Source: Laetmonice hystrix (Eukaryota). From it: a stretch of 64,000 nucleotides of DNA. A program made the translations under genes and the position numbers. The stretch's first letter is position 1. Each line of letters starts with the position of its first letter. The stretch is from positions 20,276,001-20,340,000 of the forward strand of contig OZ249436.1 of assembly GCA_965235115.1 (NCBI GenBank), given 5' to 3'. Below are positions 25,369-39,022 of this stretch, piece by piece. The notes under the pieces are model-generated. The model had not been told where the DNA came from and ran no database searches. It saw nothing but the letters and a program-made list of their open reading frames with translations.

Positions 25369-28032
25369 ACGTTCGCCAGATTTGCGGGAGAAAATCTTGT
25401 TTAAATCCCCAAGCATCATTATAGAACAAAATACTTCCACCTTAGCGTGCAGTCAGGCAGCCGCCAGCTAGAACTTCTCCCTAACAATTTCCGACTCAGC
25501 TTACCGGTCACCGGTCGATGTTAGCAATATTTAGCCCTGCTGAGACACAGATTCCATGTTCCGCTCCCTCCGATCACGTCAGTGCGTCGATTTCCGTGAT
25601 ATGATAACGACGCCAGACGCACTCAGGTGGTCGGTGACCCCATAGAGATAGAGATCACCGACAGGATTATAGTTTTAGTAGTCAGCAATGGTTTCACCAA
25701 CATCCATCACACTGATCGCGACTTACTACACAAATAGCTTTCATCCCACGACTATTCCTGACATGAATTACACTAGAAGAGAATACGGCTAATTACGATT
25801 GTATTTTCCACCAAGGTCAACGAGAATTCTGCGTGGTTGTCGGGTTTACTCAAGATGACGTAGGGGGAGCTGTGGTCGCAGGGCAGATTCATCAGCCCTA
25901 TAGCGGAGCGGTACGGAGACGACCCTCATGGCAGTCCTGGCGAAATGACCGGCTCTGGGAAAGCTTATCTAAAGGTCACTGCGGCCGCGGGGAAGAGGGA
26001 TTTACCGACCAGAGCCAGAGCTGGCGTTGATAGTGAGGCAGGCATCATTGAAACACGAAACAACCCCACCACCCCCGCGGGTAATGGTGATCACACAAGA
26101 TACAACATAAGATGTCAAAGGTCATGATGTTCGATTTCGTCGTGTAGTGACGTTTTGGCCACCAATGCATATCATAAAAATATTACTCGATTCGAATTCA
26201 TAGGACATATCTTCTGGCGGAACTACTTTATCAGAGCAATGTGTATCAGAGCAATGTGACCGAAAAGGTTGATCCTTCATCGGTGCCATCCCGCTTCCTA
26301 CATGGATGTCTCATAGACAACAACCCTCGGTATTAACCCGGGGGTGGGGGTGGCATATAACGTCAACGTTTAGTATCTCGGTCCCCTGGCTGCCAAAATG
26401 GTAACACATAAAAATGAAACCCTACATGTGAAATTGGCCATCTCATTACATTTATGACGTATTATGGTCATGTCGTATAGAAATATATTAGTTTCAGTAT
26501 CTTCCTGGAACGGTCAGTCTTGTAAGGTTATTTGAAATGTAGAACCCGACATCAATACACTGCTATCTATTTCTATATTTTCAGTCACGAAATGTATTTA
26601 TTTTCGGACACGTCCTGTCCTGTTTTATGAGCCAGATTATAATCACTTATTCTGAGTACTTAAAGGTAAAGTAGGAAACAATTATAAAATCAGCATACAT
26701 ATTTTGTTTGATACTTGGGGTCCTTAACTAGAATACTGCCACTAATAACTTCATTTTGGGTAGATTTAGTTGCGAAACTTACGGGCAAAGTTGGATATTT
26801 TCCATTGAGTGGAAAAAGACGCTCGTTTGCTTTGTGTTTTTGGTCATTAAAACAATTATATTTGTACCGAATTTAGGATATAAGGTGAATATCTTAACTG
26901 TGATATGCTAAAAAAAAAACAGCTAGGCATCTATAGCAGCTAGAAGTATTTTCTGTTTAAGTTATTAAATCTTCCTGTATAGCTCGATCTCGTTACTCTA
27001 AAATAAACGGGAAAATATCGATAAGAACTTGTGTGAGAATATGGACTTACCCATCTGATAGGCTGCACGGCACCATCACTAGTGTCATGGCACATGATCA
27101 AATTTATTCTAATGACCAGTCTGTAAAAGGATGGCCGCTAAGCGGCTTTGTTCTCGGGGTGGCCTCATGTTATTTTTATCCACGTGGATTGACAAATAAA
27201 AGCCTAAACAAAGTCCTTTTTTAAAACGAAGTGGCATTTTCCCAAACTCGTTCTTTAAAGCCTGGCCCCATCAGTGGTTGCACGATATCTATTTGTGGTG
27301 GTCAGGTTAGAGCGCGTGACTTGTGGAGAAGAAGTAGTTTTTGCAGTCTGGAGAGAGCTCGAGTCACAGCTTGAGGGAAGTGGCATGTTTGAAAAGAGTA
27401 AACCTAGGCACCTATGCACTTTGTGCATTCTTTTAGCTGCAAGGTTGACTTTACATTTGCACCGAAAGCCGATAAGTAAGTGTAACACGCTCAAGCCATC
27501 ACCCTACTCTCTACTTCTAACTGAAACCACTGAGGTATTGTTTGAGCTTTATACACTCAAAGCACGTCAGCCTTTCTTTGTTTGTAAGGCAGCAATCCGT
27601 TTGTTGAACGCGAAGTGTAGAAGACGTATACAACATGTAGAAAACGCCCGAAGTGCTGTCAAAGGCCTACGAGGTACTCATTATCCGTTGGTATTTGGCT
27701 ATGGGCAATTCTCCCGCGCTCGGGGTTGAACCGCTTCCAGCGATTCCCCCTCCCCTCACGATAGCCAACCTATTTCCACCCGAGCGTAGACCGCAGCACC
27801 ATGTGCGTACGACCTAATAATTCTTGGTGTGGTACTGCACAAACCAATCAGATTACAGCACTGCCTAAGGCCACTATTCATAAACATTAGCTTGCATTTC
27901 TGGTTATCCAATAAGAACATCCCCGGTAAAGTTAATGTGGTCGAAGCAAGATGGCGAAGCCAACGACGGCAGAAAAGGATCCTGACATCGGGAGGAACAA
28001 CTTTGTCAGGGCTGCAAGAACACACACTTTAA

Positions 28033-28349
28033 AGGGATGGAAAACACACACGGCAAATAAGGTTTCATCACCTCGGACGTTTACAAAGACTGGGACTCCA
28101 AACATCGTGTAGACAAGGTCTGTGAGCAGAGTAACACGTAATGTTACGTAATATGCGTGGTGTGTAGCATTCGGCTCTGAGGAACACACAAGCAGGTCGA
28201 GGTCAGAACCAGCGGCGTCACACATCGGGCAGTTACACGTTAATTACTTCATTCAGACAACGTAATTGTGGCATTTATTGCCCTGAGGTAAATGCTGGTG
28301 TTCCATTTGGTCTACGAACCCTTATTTGCCGTGTGTGTTTACCCTCCCT
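28033..28349. mobile_element. Kolobok-like MITE
   Basis: TTAA|agggatggaaaacacacacggcaaataagg ... ccttatttgccgtgtgtgtttaccctccct|TTAA. Confidence 0.75.
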
Positions 28350-28649
28350 TTAATATGACACTATCCCGGCCCTTAAGGGCACGGCAGAGGCCGAGACCCA
28401 TCCTGCACCGGTTTCCCATCTAATACCTACCCCCCGTTTTTGGTACCCCCGGTCATTATTATATGTTCTGCGCACGTGTGAACTGTGAGAAGTACGTTCT
28501 TGTGTGGGAAGGTAAACATCGAACAATTCTACAAACCCTAACAGGATTACCACTTTGGACATTACTTATATTATTTTCAATTCAAGCCATACCTGGCCAC
28601 AACATGGCGACCCCCCCCCCCCCCCACCATAACAACCACCACAACAAAG

Positions 28650-29370
28650 GAGCCGACTCAGCTACCTGAAGGTAACCCAACATTAGAAACCCTCATAGCG
28701 TCTAGCTTCGAAAACAATCCAAAACCAGCTTGACGAGATCAAATCCACAAATCTAGAAACGTAAAGCAAAATCCTGAAGTCTCTCGAATTCACCCACTCT
28801 GAAATAAGAGACTTAACGGAGAAAATAGAAACACAATCTAACGTATATCTCTGAAGCTGTTTCCACGACGCGGGCGCGGCCGCGGTGCGGGCAGACGGGC
28901 GCGGACGGCCGCGCCAAAACTCCCGCGTCTGTGCCCGTTTCGTGGAAACACAACGCCCGCACCCGTACCCGCGTCCGCCACCGCCTCCGCGTCCGCATCC
29001 GCGTCGTGGAAAAGCAGCTTAACATATGAGAACCGCCAATCGCGATCGGAAGCGGGTCGTTTCAATATTTGAACATGTTCAAAGTTTAAAACGGCTAGCG
29101 CCGTCTGTCAACGTCTAGATACGCCTGAAAACCAGCTGAAAAACGAATTAAAAACGAATTAAAAAGTCCAATAAACGTGCGCCTTCGTTTTCAGACGGAA
29201 TCGTTAAACGGCGCAGTGGGACAGCTTAAGCAAAAAGGGGACTTTATCACCGTTTCTGGCAAGCAATATGGCTACTCTTCAATTACTGATCTACCTCAAG
29301 AATTCTCACTGGGAGCTGCCCGCACGAAACATATCGGACCTAACGCCATAGGGTTCTATAGTCGTATATG
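28650..29370 (+). pseudogene. Possible degraded LINE ORF1 remnant, interrupted by a MITE
   Basis: Coiled-coil-like KILKSLEFTHSEIRDLTEKIETQ before the MITE and KGDFITVSGKQYGYSSITDLPQE after it. Resemblance to non-LTR ORF1 proteins is by eye only. Confidence 0.3.
28855..29019. mobile_element. GC-rich palindromic MITE, Harbinger-like
   Basis: TIRs agctgtttccacgacgcgg / ccgcgtcgtggaaaagcagct. Flanks are tga and taa. Confidence 0.75.
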
Positions 29371-31397
29371 GGGGGGGGGGGGGGGCGGGGTAGATATTAG
29401 TTGTGACACCGGCGACACCGGGCCGAGCAGGCCGGGTGTCGGTGTCGCTCCCACTCTAAATAGTGTAACCGAGGCGAATGCTGAAATCAGGGGAGTTAAA
29501 ATTGGGAATTTTACGTGTTAACTCGTATCAAGTCATAATGCTACAAACTGTCTTGTCAGGGAGGTACACATTTTGTGTATCAGCGAACTGGGAAAGGACA
29601 TTTTCGCGAGAACAAGACCTACGGGGAAGACCGTTTAGTGTAGGTGGTGAGTCTATGACAACGATGCCAGGTCCTATTACTATTCATAAGTTGACCTCAA
29701 GGTCCTGGGCTGAGCTCAAGGGGTAGAATGCAGGATACGCGATGCCCCTTAAAGGGGCATATTATGAGGAAACGTTAAAAATCGGTATTTCATAGAACTT
29801 TTGCTGTTTTCATAAAGAGATCCTTCATTAAAATTGCTTAGTAAACAAGGACAGACTTATCAGTTTCATTTTGCGTGAGAAATCGAAGTTTATTAAGCTC
29901 CCTTGCCCGCTTCTCTGCCGATTTCGTAAAATATTTTTTGGGTGGCATTCTGATGCCGGGCGATCGAGTGCCACTGCTGAATTGTTTACAACTAAGCAAA
30001 GCACGTGACTAAGCACATGCAGAGAGTGCACACGCAGGATGTGACACAGTATGCAATTACACGGGTTGATGGGGGGTTGTTCGCCAAATTATGGCGGGAG
30101 ATGTGCTATCGGGAGAAATCTATATAGGTTTGGTCGTATAGAACCTACTTGTGCTGCATACGCAGCGAAAACACGTCGGAGGACAAAATGCTGTGGTAGG
30201 ATTATTTACTTGGATCCCTAGTACACGGTCATGTTGGATAATTGCCGGAAATCCTCAAAAACGTGTTTCATAGCATGCCCCTTTGACAACCCGAGATGGG
30301 TTATGGGTAAAAGAAAACAAAAGCCAAAACCAGACGACGATTTCGAACATGGACCATTGAGGCGAGGCTCTGTTTCTAATATCAATGAACTGCCAACTTT
30401 CAGTCAGAATACATAACGTTATTATAAAAGTTTGATAATTTGATGAACCATAATGCATGTACATGGATTTACGTAACCTGAAGGAAATTTATAATTGGAA
30501 CTTTGGATTTGCATGACTTGTAGGCTTGCCTCTGTGATAGGCCTCGCAATACTCGGTCTATTGCCAAAGCTACACAAATGAAAGCATTTTAAAACGCGCA
30601 GAATGGGGTGCTATAGCGCACATAGCCAATCATTTCATATGAAGTTTTGCCTTTACCTTCAGCCATTGAGTGCAATGAATTTAGCTCAAGTCCTTCTACA
30701 AAGTAGATTTAGGTGATTTTTTAAACGAAGCGGGCACTTCGACATCGTCACGGCCGACGGCCATTTTAAATAAACTAAGGGAGCAGCTATTATCTAAGAA
30801 TGGGGTCTGGATCTCGGGCCATAATGGAGGCGTGCTTGGCTCCCTGTGTGATGATATGCTCCCCTACTGGCCTTCAGTGCGCATGCGCATTAGGAGTAAT
30901 AACATTGCAGGCAACGGAAATCAAACTGCTCGGTTCGCATTTTCAAACGTCTGATTTATTAAATATATGAGATAAAAACCAAAAAAAAAGTGAGCAGTGG
31001 AGCAATTTGATGAGAAGGAATACACCAATTTGATCAAACGGCATGATTCACGACGAATTGTCCACAGCGGTGAGTTCGCATTGGAGGTATAGGTTTAACG
31101 ACCGGCGATGTCAGTCCCTGTTTGCTGGCAACTGGGACGACACTCAGTCAACATGTAGGCCTACAGGTCTGGAAAATCACGGTCGCTCAAGGCAAAATCA
31201 TTACGATAGCCTGGTGCAACTATGTCATAACGTCGTGACCGGCCACGTCTCAACTTATCCCTAAAATAGATCTGGGATTTGTCATTCATGTGGGGATGTC
31301 AGAAGGATGGAGCTTGCATGGATCCATGTTCGGCCGTACTCTGGCAACAGATAGCTTGCCACTACCAGCATCAGTTTTGTTGATATCAACTGGCTAA

Positions 31398-32460
31398 TTA
31401 TGCCTATGCTCCACTATAAGAAAGCAGCTCCCGAAGTCCCGCTGCCGAAGTACCGGGAGCGGGACTTCGGGAACACCCCGAAACGCGGTGTTCGCGAAGA
31501 TGGTTCCCGAAGGTAGTACCGAAGTCGATGGCGGTTTGCGGACAGCGTTTGTCCCGATCCATCATGGCGGACATGGCGCATTCGTTTGGCATTCAAATCC
31601 CGGTATTTTCCGAAATAATAAACGATGACGAGGTGGAGATCCTGACCGAGAACGGTACCCCTAAAAAAGTGGCAATGTAAACTTGTCAGTCTGGACCTAA
31701 AGTGGACCGGTCCGAGACCCCCCAGAAGGAGGTGATCTCGGTGCGGACCGAGGACGATACCCCGCCCATAAGTGGCAGTGTAAACGTGTCACACAGGGTA
31801 CCGGGCCCAGTCAACTTGTCTGAGACGGTACTACACATGCCCGCAATTCGGTCCGGTCCGAGCACGGTCCACTTGAAGTGGACCGTAATGTAAAGGCGGC
31901 TATAGAAGAGGAGCATAACAACGTTTTTGATTTAGATCTACAACAGGAGTTGGCGGTGGGTCAAAAGGAAATAATGGAATAATGAAATAATGAAAGCACA
32001 CAACATTAAAACAAAAAAAAACAAAATGTGAGAAAGATAAGAGAAGTTATACAAAAAAAACAAGAAAGTAAGTGTCACAAATGAAGAAAGAACATGCAGT
32101 TATGTAGTTATTACGTCCACGCGCCATGTTGGAATGCTTCTTGGTCCGGGTGCCCACGTGGTCACACGCCGCGAGCTGTTTCGTACGGCGAATCAATGAT
32201 CACGTGATGATCAGCTGACCTGACCTTCGGGAGCGTGGAGGCTTCGCTAGCGCAAAATATCAGAAACTTTTGATATCACTTTTGCTACCTTCGGGAGCTG
32301 TGGAAACGACCTTCGCGCCGAAGTCCCGCACCACAGGGTATGCTCCACTACGCGAAGGTACCTCCCGATGGTTCTTCCCGAAGGTGGTCCCGAAGGTACT
32401 TCGCGAGCACTTCGGGACCACCTTCGGGGGGTACCTTCGCGTAGTGGAGCATAGGCATAA
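31398..32460. mobile_element. ~1.06-kb non-autonomous TIR element, Harbinger-like
   Basis: TIRs ttatgcctatgctccacta / tagtggagcataggcataa with taa on both flanks. Many cgaag/cttcg subterminal repeats, and an internal TIR copy at ~32339 makes a terminal hairpin. Confidence 0.75.
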
Positions 32461-33753
32461 TAACCAATACGCCATCATAGGTAGTCTTGTGTATTGTATC
32501 TCGTCGGCCAAGCTGTTTTTTCTCTTTCCACTCTACGCATGAAGACAAATGGCGTTTTCATCGCCGGCTACTTGCAGTTAATGTGATCAAGACGTGAATG
32601 TCATGGGTTGCTTAAGATTTCACAATGGGACAGGAACACACCAAGCCATATTCTAACATTATTCACCTCTCACGTAGGCCTAGGTCTGTGTCTTGAAATG
32701 ATTGACTGAAGAGAATCTGGTCACCTGCTAACTCCCAACCGCATATATTATGTATTTGATTGGAATTTATGGGTTTACTCATAATGCCTACAGTATAGCA
32801 GGTAGGAGCACAAGCGCTGTCGTTCTTGGCTTCCAGTTGCTTAATAAACGATTTGAATGGGGGGGGGGGGCGGTAAAAGATGAAAGACACTAACGTTGGG
32901 AAAACAATGCAATTTTTAGAAAGGGCGAGCTCGTTACATGTTGGAGCGTGTTGTATTGTATAGGACGGCCACTCAAATTATCTTTTCGGTGTTGTGACGG
33001 AAGAATAGTGTGGGCGCAATACACTGGTATCATTTTCTGGGCAATTCAAGATACTCCTTTGTGAGTGCATTTCTACACAATGAGCAATCGCTCACGATGA
33101 GAAATGGATGTGCGCGGGGCCATTACCTCAGCCCAGACATAGCGAAGGTAACGATACGGCCCAAAATGGTCTCCGCCTGCGGCCAGGTATTTCTAATGGA
33201 TGTCGACGTATACGGCTGTCGTAAGAGAACTAGCGTTCTCCATTGTGTTATATAGGCTTGCTGTATTTCATTTCCGAACACATAATCACAGCTAATAAAC
33301 ATGTAAATTTATACTAGAGTATCTAAAAAAGAAGAAGAAAGATGACAATGACTTAATAAGCTATTCTTGCGTCGTCCCATGCACTCTTAGCTTCGCGCCA
33401 TTGACGATGGTAGAAAGTCTCCGGTAAACACCAAACCGAGTTACTTCGCCCTTCTCTGGTTAGTCTAAAACCTTCCGGAGCTTGCAGTTACAAACAAGCC
33501 CAAATTAAATGGGGGGAGCCCCACTCAGACAAAACAAAACGTGAATGCCAGTATTTATGGTTGTGAACGCAAACCATTTAGCAGAAGGAAATGCTCACTA
33601 TTAAACAGGAGATACACAAAGACTGATAATATCCCGATAGCCGTTGACTGTAACCTTCTCCCAGCGAGCCAGCTGGAAAGTTTTTAACAGTTTAAAGAGA
33701 GGGTGGAACTATTTCCCTGCTTGCGTAGATTGTGGCGGCGCCGTGGGGATTAT

Positions 33754-34055
33754 GGCGCCACACGCGACAGGAGGCACCTAGTTGTGGCAGTGCTAGAGGC
33801 GCCACACGCGACAGGAGGCACCTAGTTGTGGCAGTGCTAGAGGCGCCACACGCGACAGGAGGCGCCACACGCGACAGGAGGCGCCACACGCGACAGGAGG
33901 CACCTAGTTGTAGCAGTGCTAGAGGCGCCACACGCGACAGGAGGCACCTAGTTGTGGCAGTGCTAGAGGTGCCACACGCGACAGGAGGCACCTAGTTGTG
34001 GCAGTGCTAGAGGCGCCACACGCGACAGGAGGCACCTAGTTGTAGCAGTGCTAGA
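33754..34055. repeat. 44-bp minisatellite with 19-bp sub-unit duplications
   Basis: Unit ggcgccacacgcgacaggaggcacctagttgtggcagtgctaga. Confidence 0.93.
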
Positions 34056-34790
34056 TATGGCGACAAACCACATTCTACCTGAGAAACGAAAGTGATGACT
34101 GCTGCAGGCTACCACAACAGGAACTGGGAGACTGCAGTCAGCGTTACATGGCTTCAAGGCCGCTATCAACAATTGTACATCGAGACCCTCCTTTTTGTGT
34201 CCCCGTGGGAGCAGTTAATGCATGGGAGGAACAGATAATTCCATGAAAAGGCAATGTTTCAAATAATACGGGAGACACGAATTCCATATCTAAATTTAGA
34301 CATCATGGCATTCTGCGGCTCTTTTTATATATTCATACTATTTCTTCTTGACTGCGTTTTCAATTGGAGAGAATCAACTGGGTGTGTTTTCAATGATCCA
34401 GGGATGGAAACTGGTATGAGAAACGTTGGCGTGATGTTAAACAAGCGGCCGATATATTATTGATGTCAGAAGTGATGAGATGTTGGAGAGTTTGTCTCAA
34501 GTGTTAGATCACTCAGTGCAGCTGCTTCAGCAAAGTCCGACTGGAAGATTCTCATATCATGGAAACTAATAAAATGTTACTTTTTGTGTGGACATAGCAA
34601 TAACAGCAGGAAGGCTGCAGGCCTGTAATAAAGATTATTATGAATGTCTCCGAAAATGAGACATGTCTAATATGTTGGCCTCATGTAGAATTACCATGAA
34701 ACGACTTATGACGTTTTAAACAACATATCGTATGTATTAAATAATCATGTATTATTAATTGATCTTTTTGTTGTTGTTGATATATTTCAG

Positions 34791-34891
34791 GTTATTAAGA
34801 TGTTACTCATAGTCGTCGCCTTGTTTGCCTTCTGTTGGCTCCCTCTCCAAACCTACAATCTACTCTCCGAGATCGCTCCAGATATTAACAC
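34791..34891 (+). CDS. Leucokinin/lymnokinin-type neuropeptide GPCR, TM6-ECL3 exon (partial gene)
   Basis: Acceptor ...tatatttcag| and donor |gtaagt. Reads VIKMLLIVVALFAFCWLPLQTYNLLSEIAPDIN+ac, with the class A TM6 CWLP motif. 101 nt, phase 0 to 2, joins the next exon in frame. Confidence 0.93.
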
Positions 34892-35297
34892 GTAAGTGTC
34901 CTTTGGCAATAGAATTCAAGAATTATTAGGTCGTAAGCAGATGGCGCTGCGGTCTACTCTCCAGTGGAAAGTGGTTGGCTGTCGTGAGGGGGCAATAGCT
35001 GGAAGCAGTTTTAACCCGGAGCGCGAGAGGATGGGGTTTATCATAAGTAGAGCCTATTAGCTCTCCAGTGATACGTCGGTTACGTTCCTCCAGTGATGCA
35101 TCACTGAACACCATTGTTTTGAAAAGAGGCTGTGAAATCCGGCTTAGGACAGTTTCTTACCACACACATTCAGAGAAATCTGGCTAAATACGTTTGAGTT
35201 AAAGTGGCATTTGATCCTTAAAAGCACATCTGATTATAAAAATAATAGATTTCTGTCTAATTAATCAATTTTATTCAGGACTCGAGCATTTTCTGTC

Positions 35298-35480
35298 TCA
35301 TTCACCGACACCCTCCACATCGCCTCCTCTTCTCTCAACGCAGAGTGCACAACGACGGCGCATGTCTGCAATTGTTTCTCTCACAATTTCTGGTTCCTCA
35401 CGCAAGATGTTGACTTCATGTTGAATACGGGCGCGTAAATCCTCAACGTTGAGGGGTGGGGTGTTGAATACCTTGTCCCC
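35298..35480 (-). pseudogene. Tc1/mariner-superfamily transposase C-terminal remnant
   Basis: KVFNTPPLNVEDLRARIQHEVNILREEPEIVRETIADMRRRCALCVERRGGDVE fits the KVY..P....DL..RI ... R...C....GGH.E tail of these transposases. TIRs not found. Confidence 0.7.
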
Positions 35481-38400
35481 CCCCCCGAAATAATTCATAT
35501 GCCATAACCACTTTACCTCAAAGGGCCAGGCGAATCTCAGAATTATCGCCTGTGTAAGGAAGCGCTTGGCCAACATTTGGTGTTTGATCTAAATGGTTTC
35601 CAAACGATACGACGACTTGTGCCTCGATTAGGACAGGAGTCGTCGGAAATGGAAAAAGCAGTTAGTGGCCCTTGGTCAGTGCCACGACACGAACCGGCAG
35701 TGTGGCCGATACCCCGAGGTGGTGGGTGTGACTACCACGCAGTGTTGTGATGGTCACCTGTAGTTTTATAGGAGCAACCCGAAAATTCGCGTTAAGGCAG
35801 GCAAAAGCTTGGTGCATGTACTCGTAACAATTGAGCTGACTTTAATGACGATTTTAAAAGTGAAACGGGCGAGATTATGGACTGGAGTTTATTATGTTAA
35901 TATCGATAACAATAATTTACAGATTGCGAGTAACCGCACCAGGCCGTATGCGACACAGTATGTTGCCGGAAGACCAGCGCTGTGTGTTGAAGCACAAGAA
36001 GTACAAACTGCTGTACTTAACAGACACAGACAATTACGTCGTTTAAAAGACAATTTTTGCGAAGCGAAGGAGCTGTATTTGAACTTGAGACAAGGAACTG
36101 TCTGAGAAGGCAAAGAATTGCCTGTGAATAACAGAACTTTCAGCGTGAAGAACAGTAATTTCAGTGTGAAGGCCAGGAATTTCAGTGAGAAGCAAGGAAT
36201 TGTCTCTCAAGGAATTGTCTCTCACGGTGAAGCGAAAGAATCTCAAATTGTCTGTCAACACTTTGTACTTCTGGGCCACCGTACCTATCCATGTCCACAC
36301 GTCCTCTGAACTCTTGTTCACATCAACCTGCAGGCGTGGCGTGGCGTGGCGACACCATTTCTAGGAGCAATCTGTATCCATGTGTAGACCACCGAGCATT
36401 TGGACGGACCCTGAGGCAGAGCTTAGAGTCGGTAAACAGGCGAGATTATAGAGAGACCCATACAGAGAGACAGAGAACAAGGTCCTCTTCCGGGCTCTTG
36501 GTAGGGTATTTCTATCCCTCTCGACACTATGCTGTCTGTATCGTAACGCAATTTTCTCAGAAGGTTTTGTTGGACAGTGAAGTCGATACGAGGACCTTTT
36601 CCCGGAGGCATTTACTGTGACGTGTTGTCAGGGGCATCCGTTGTTTAAAAGGTCACGCGCGTACCCGAGTGTTTTGTTCAACCTAATTATATTGAACAGT
36701 CACGACGCGTTTCATGCCTTTAGATATATGGTACCTACCCTATCAGAAGGGCCCTTCTATCCTGAGTTATGGGAATACCTTAAATGGGTAATTCGTGCGG
36801 GCCGTTTTCTGAGGAATCCATAGGCCCTACAACTTTCAAAGTTGTATGTGTTCCATGGGGTATGCCAATGACGTTGTACCATATATTGTAGCCATCCGTT
36901 TCGTATCCATTCGTATGCAGCGATCATGTGATCTATCGGTCACAACGCATAGCTAATGAGGTCTTGTCCTCATTCAAAACATTTCCCATCGACCCTCGGC
37001 CTGCATATCCGGATAATGAAATCCACCCCTCGCTCAGCCCAGGCCCATCCAGCCTCCGCTCTGACAGCTTTACAGTTGGCGAGTAACATGGACTGTGCGT
37101 GTCTTCTGAAAATGTATGGTCTTCCTATGTATCTCTACTATATATTATAGTAAAAAAGCGGAAAACTGCCGGTTTCACAAGAATTGCCCCGTTAAAGGGG
37201 CTCTTTTTGTCTAAACCAACAAAAATGGCTTTTCCCAGGAAATTTGAGTTCCAGAATAGTGAAGACACATTAAAAACTATTGATTCTACCGTAGAGACGT
37301 ATAACCGCCAATTTCCACAAGATTTGGAAAATCTTTGTTTACTGACGTGATACCTAGACATATGCCGCGCGCATGCGCGTCAGCTTTGGTTTGGACTGAA
37401 ACGGTGAGCCAAGGACGGTTGGCGGCTCGGGCCTCACCCGGCTTTAGTGAGCAGGCTACTGTGATGGGGGTTTGGTGACCGGCCTGCCTAACATTTAGCA
37501 TGCTCGGGTGGGGTGGGGTGGGGGGTGGATGGGGGTGGGGGGTGGGTGGGGGGGCTAGTTTTTCAGTTTGTCTCAGTCGTGTCTATTTGACACTCGATGT
37601 AATCATACGGGGCGGTGCCAGACGCTGTCACTCAGAAGATGCGAATGCACTGACCTAGAACCTAATTAGTTATGCGTTTGGTCGAATATATTTAGACTTA
37701 CTGCATGCGAATTGGCCTTAATTCGGATGTCACAAATATGTTCATGTAAGTACTTAAATCGACCACCCGGGACACATGTAAGGTAAATTCATGTCTGAAT
37801 TCGCCAATTTGGTCCACCGAAATGAGCCCTTAAGCCTTTAAGATAAGAACCGCACAGTACGTGTAGACGCTGGCATGACGAAGACTCGTACCACCCAAAC
37901 TTATCAGTTTCTTTCCCACCACACAACGTTAGCAACCACAGACATGTCCTTGCAGTTTTAAACATTTACTAAATTGCCTACCATGGCAAAAGTGATATGA
38001 GCGAGACGTGCAATGTATTACTAGGCTCTGTCAGAGGGCGGTTACTGTCAGGAGTTCTTTCTGCGATAAACGAAAGGTTGGCAAGCCTTGTGGACGATTT
38101 ACATTCACGCGGTACGACGATGGTAGAGTTGAAGAAAAAAATATAATCTACTCCCTTTTACCGAGATAACATCATAGAACTGTGGGCGGCAATCGATTTA
38201 TTGTCAATAGGATCATTATATACGGCGAAAGCTTTTATTTTTCTTAATATCAATATCAAAAGGGGCAAAGTAGGCTTTTTTGATTGAAAATAAATGTGAA
38301 TTGCTCGTTCACCTTTTTTCCAACCTTAACACCTAACACATTGACAGCTGTGTAGAAGCGCGACCCCAATTGAGTTTGAGACTTCCTGTGAACACTTGTT

Positions 38401-38930
38401 CCGTCAGAGTCATTGCGACACCAAGCGGGTTGTGTTAAACTGTAGCACTGCTCTGAATGGCTCTCAGTAGCTTGGAGCATGTCTGGCACCTGTGCAGGTG
38501 TTAAATGACACGGAAGTGCCCTTTCCAGGGTGGTCATAGGACTTGGCAGTAGGTACAAACGAGTCGTCAAGCAAGAAGGAATTAATGCAATCGGGCTTCT
38601 CGCTGTGCCGTTGGGGATACCTCAAAGTTTGAGCACTAGGCCTATTATTCACCAACCTTGAAGTTTGCGCACTGTTTATTCACGCACTGTATGCTAGAAG
38701 CAGCTGGCTCTAGCCATAAATATTCAGGTATTTCATCTCCTAGGTTAACGAACCGATTCAACCATGATGTTAAAGATACGGGAAGATACGTTGATTTTAT
38801 TTACTAAAATCTTTCCCAGAAGCTTAGGGTGTTTCTTCATACATATAGGGTCTAGACCTTTTCATCCTTGACACTATTTTACCTCAGTAAGTCTCTATTC
38901 GCCCGTGATATTCACAAATTCAGAGGGTGC

Positions 38931-39022
38931 CAGGGGCTGTCGCATAAATTCCCGCTTGCCAAAATCACCATTGAATTTCAAAGTCAATTTTAGCAAGTGG
39001 GAATTTATGCAACGGCCCCCAG
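38931..39022. mobile_element. ~90-bp hairpin MITE with CAG (CWG) flanks
   Basis: ggggctgtcgcataaattcccgcttgccaaaat / attttagcaagtgggaatttatgcaacggcccc. Confidence 0.65.
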
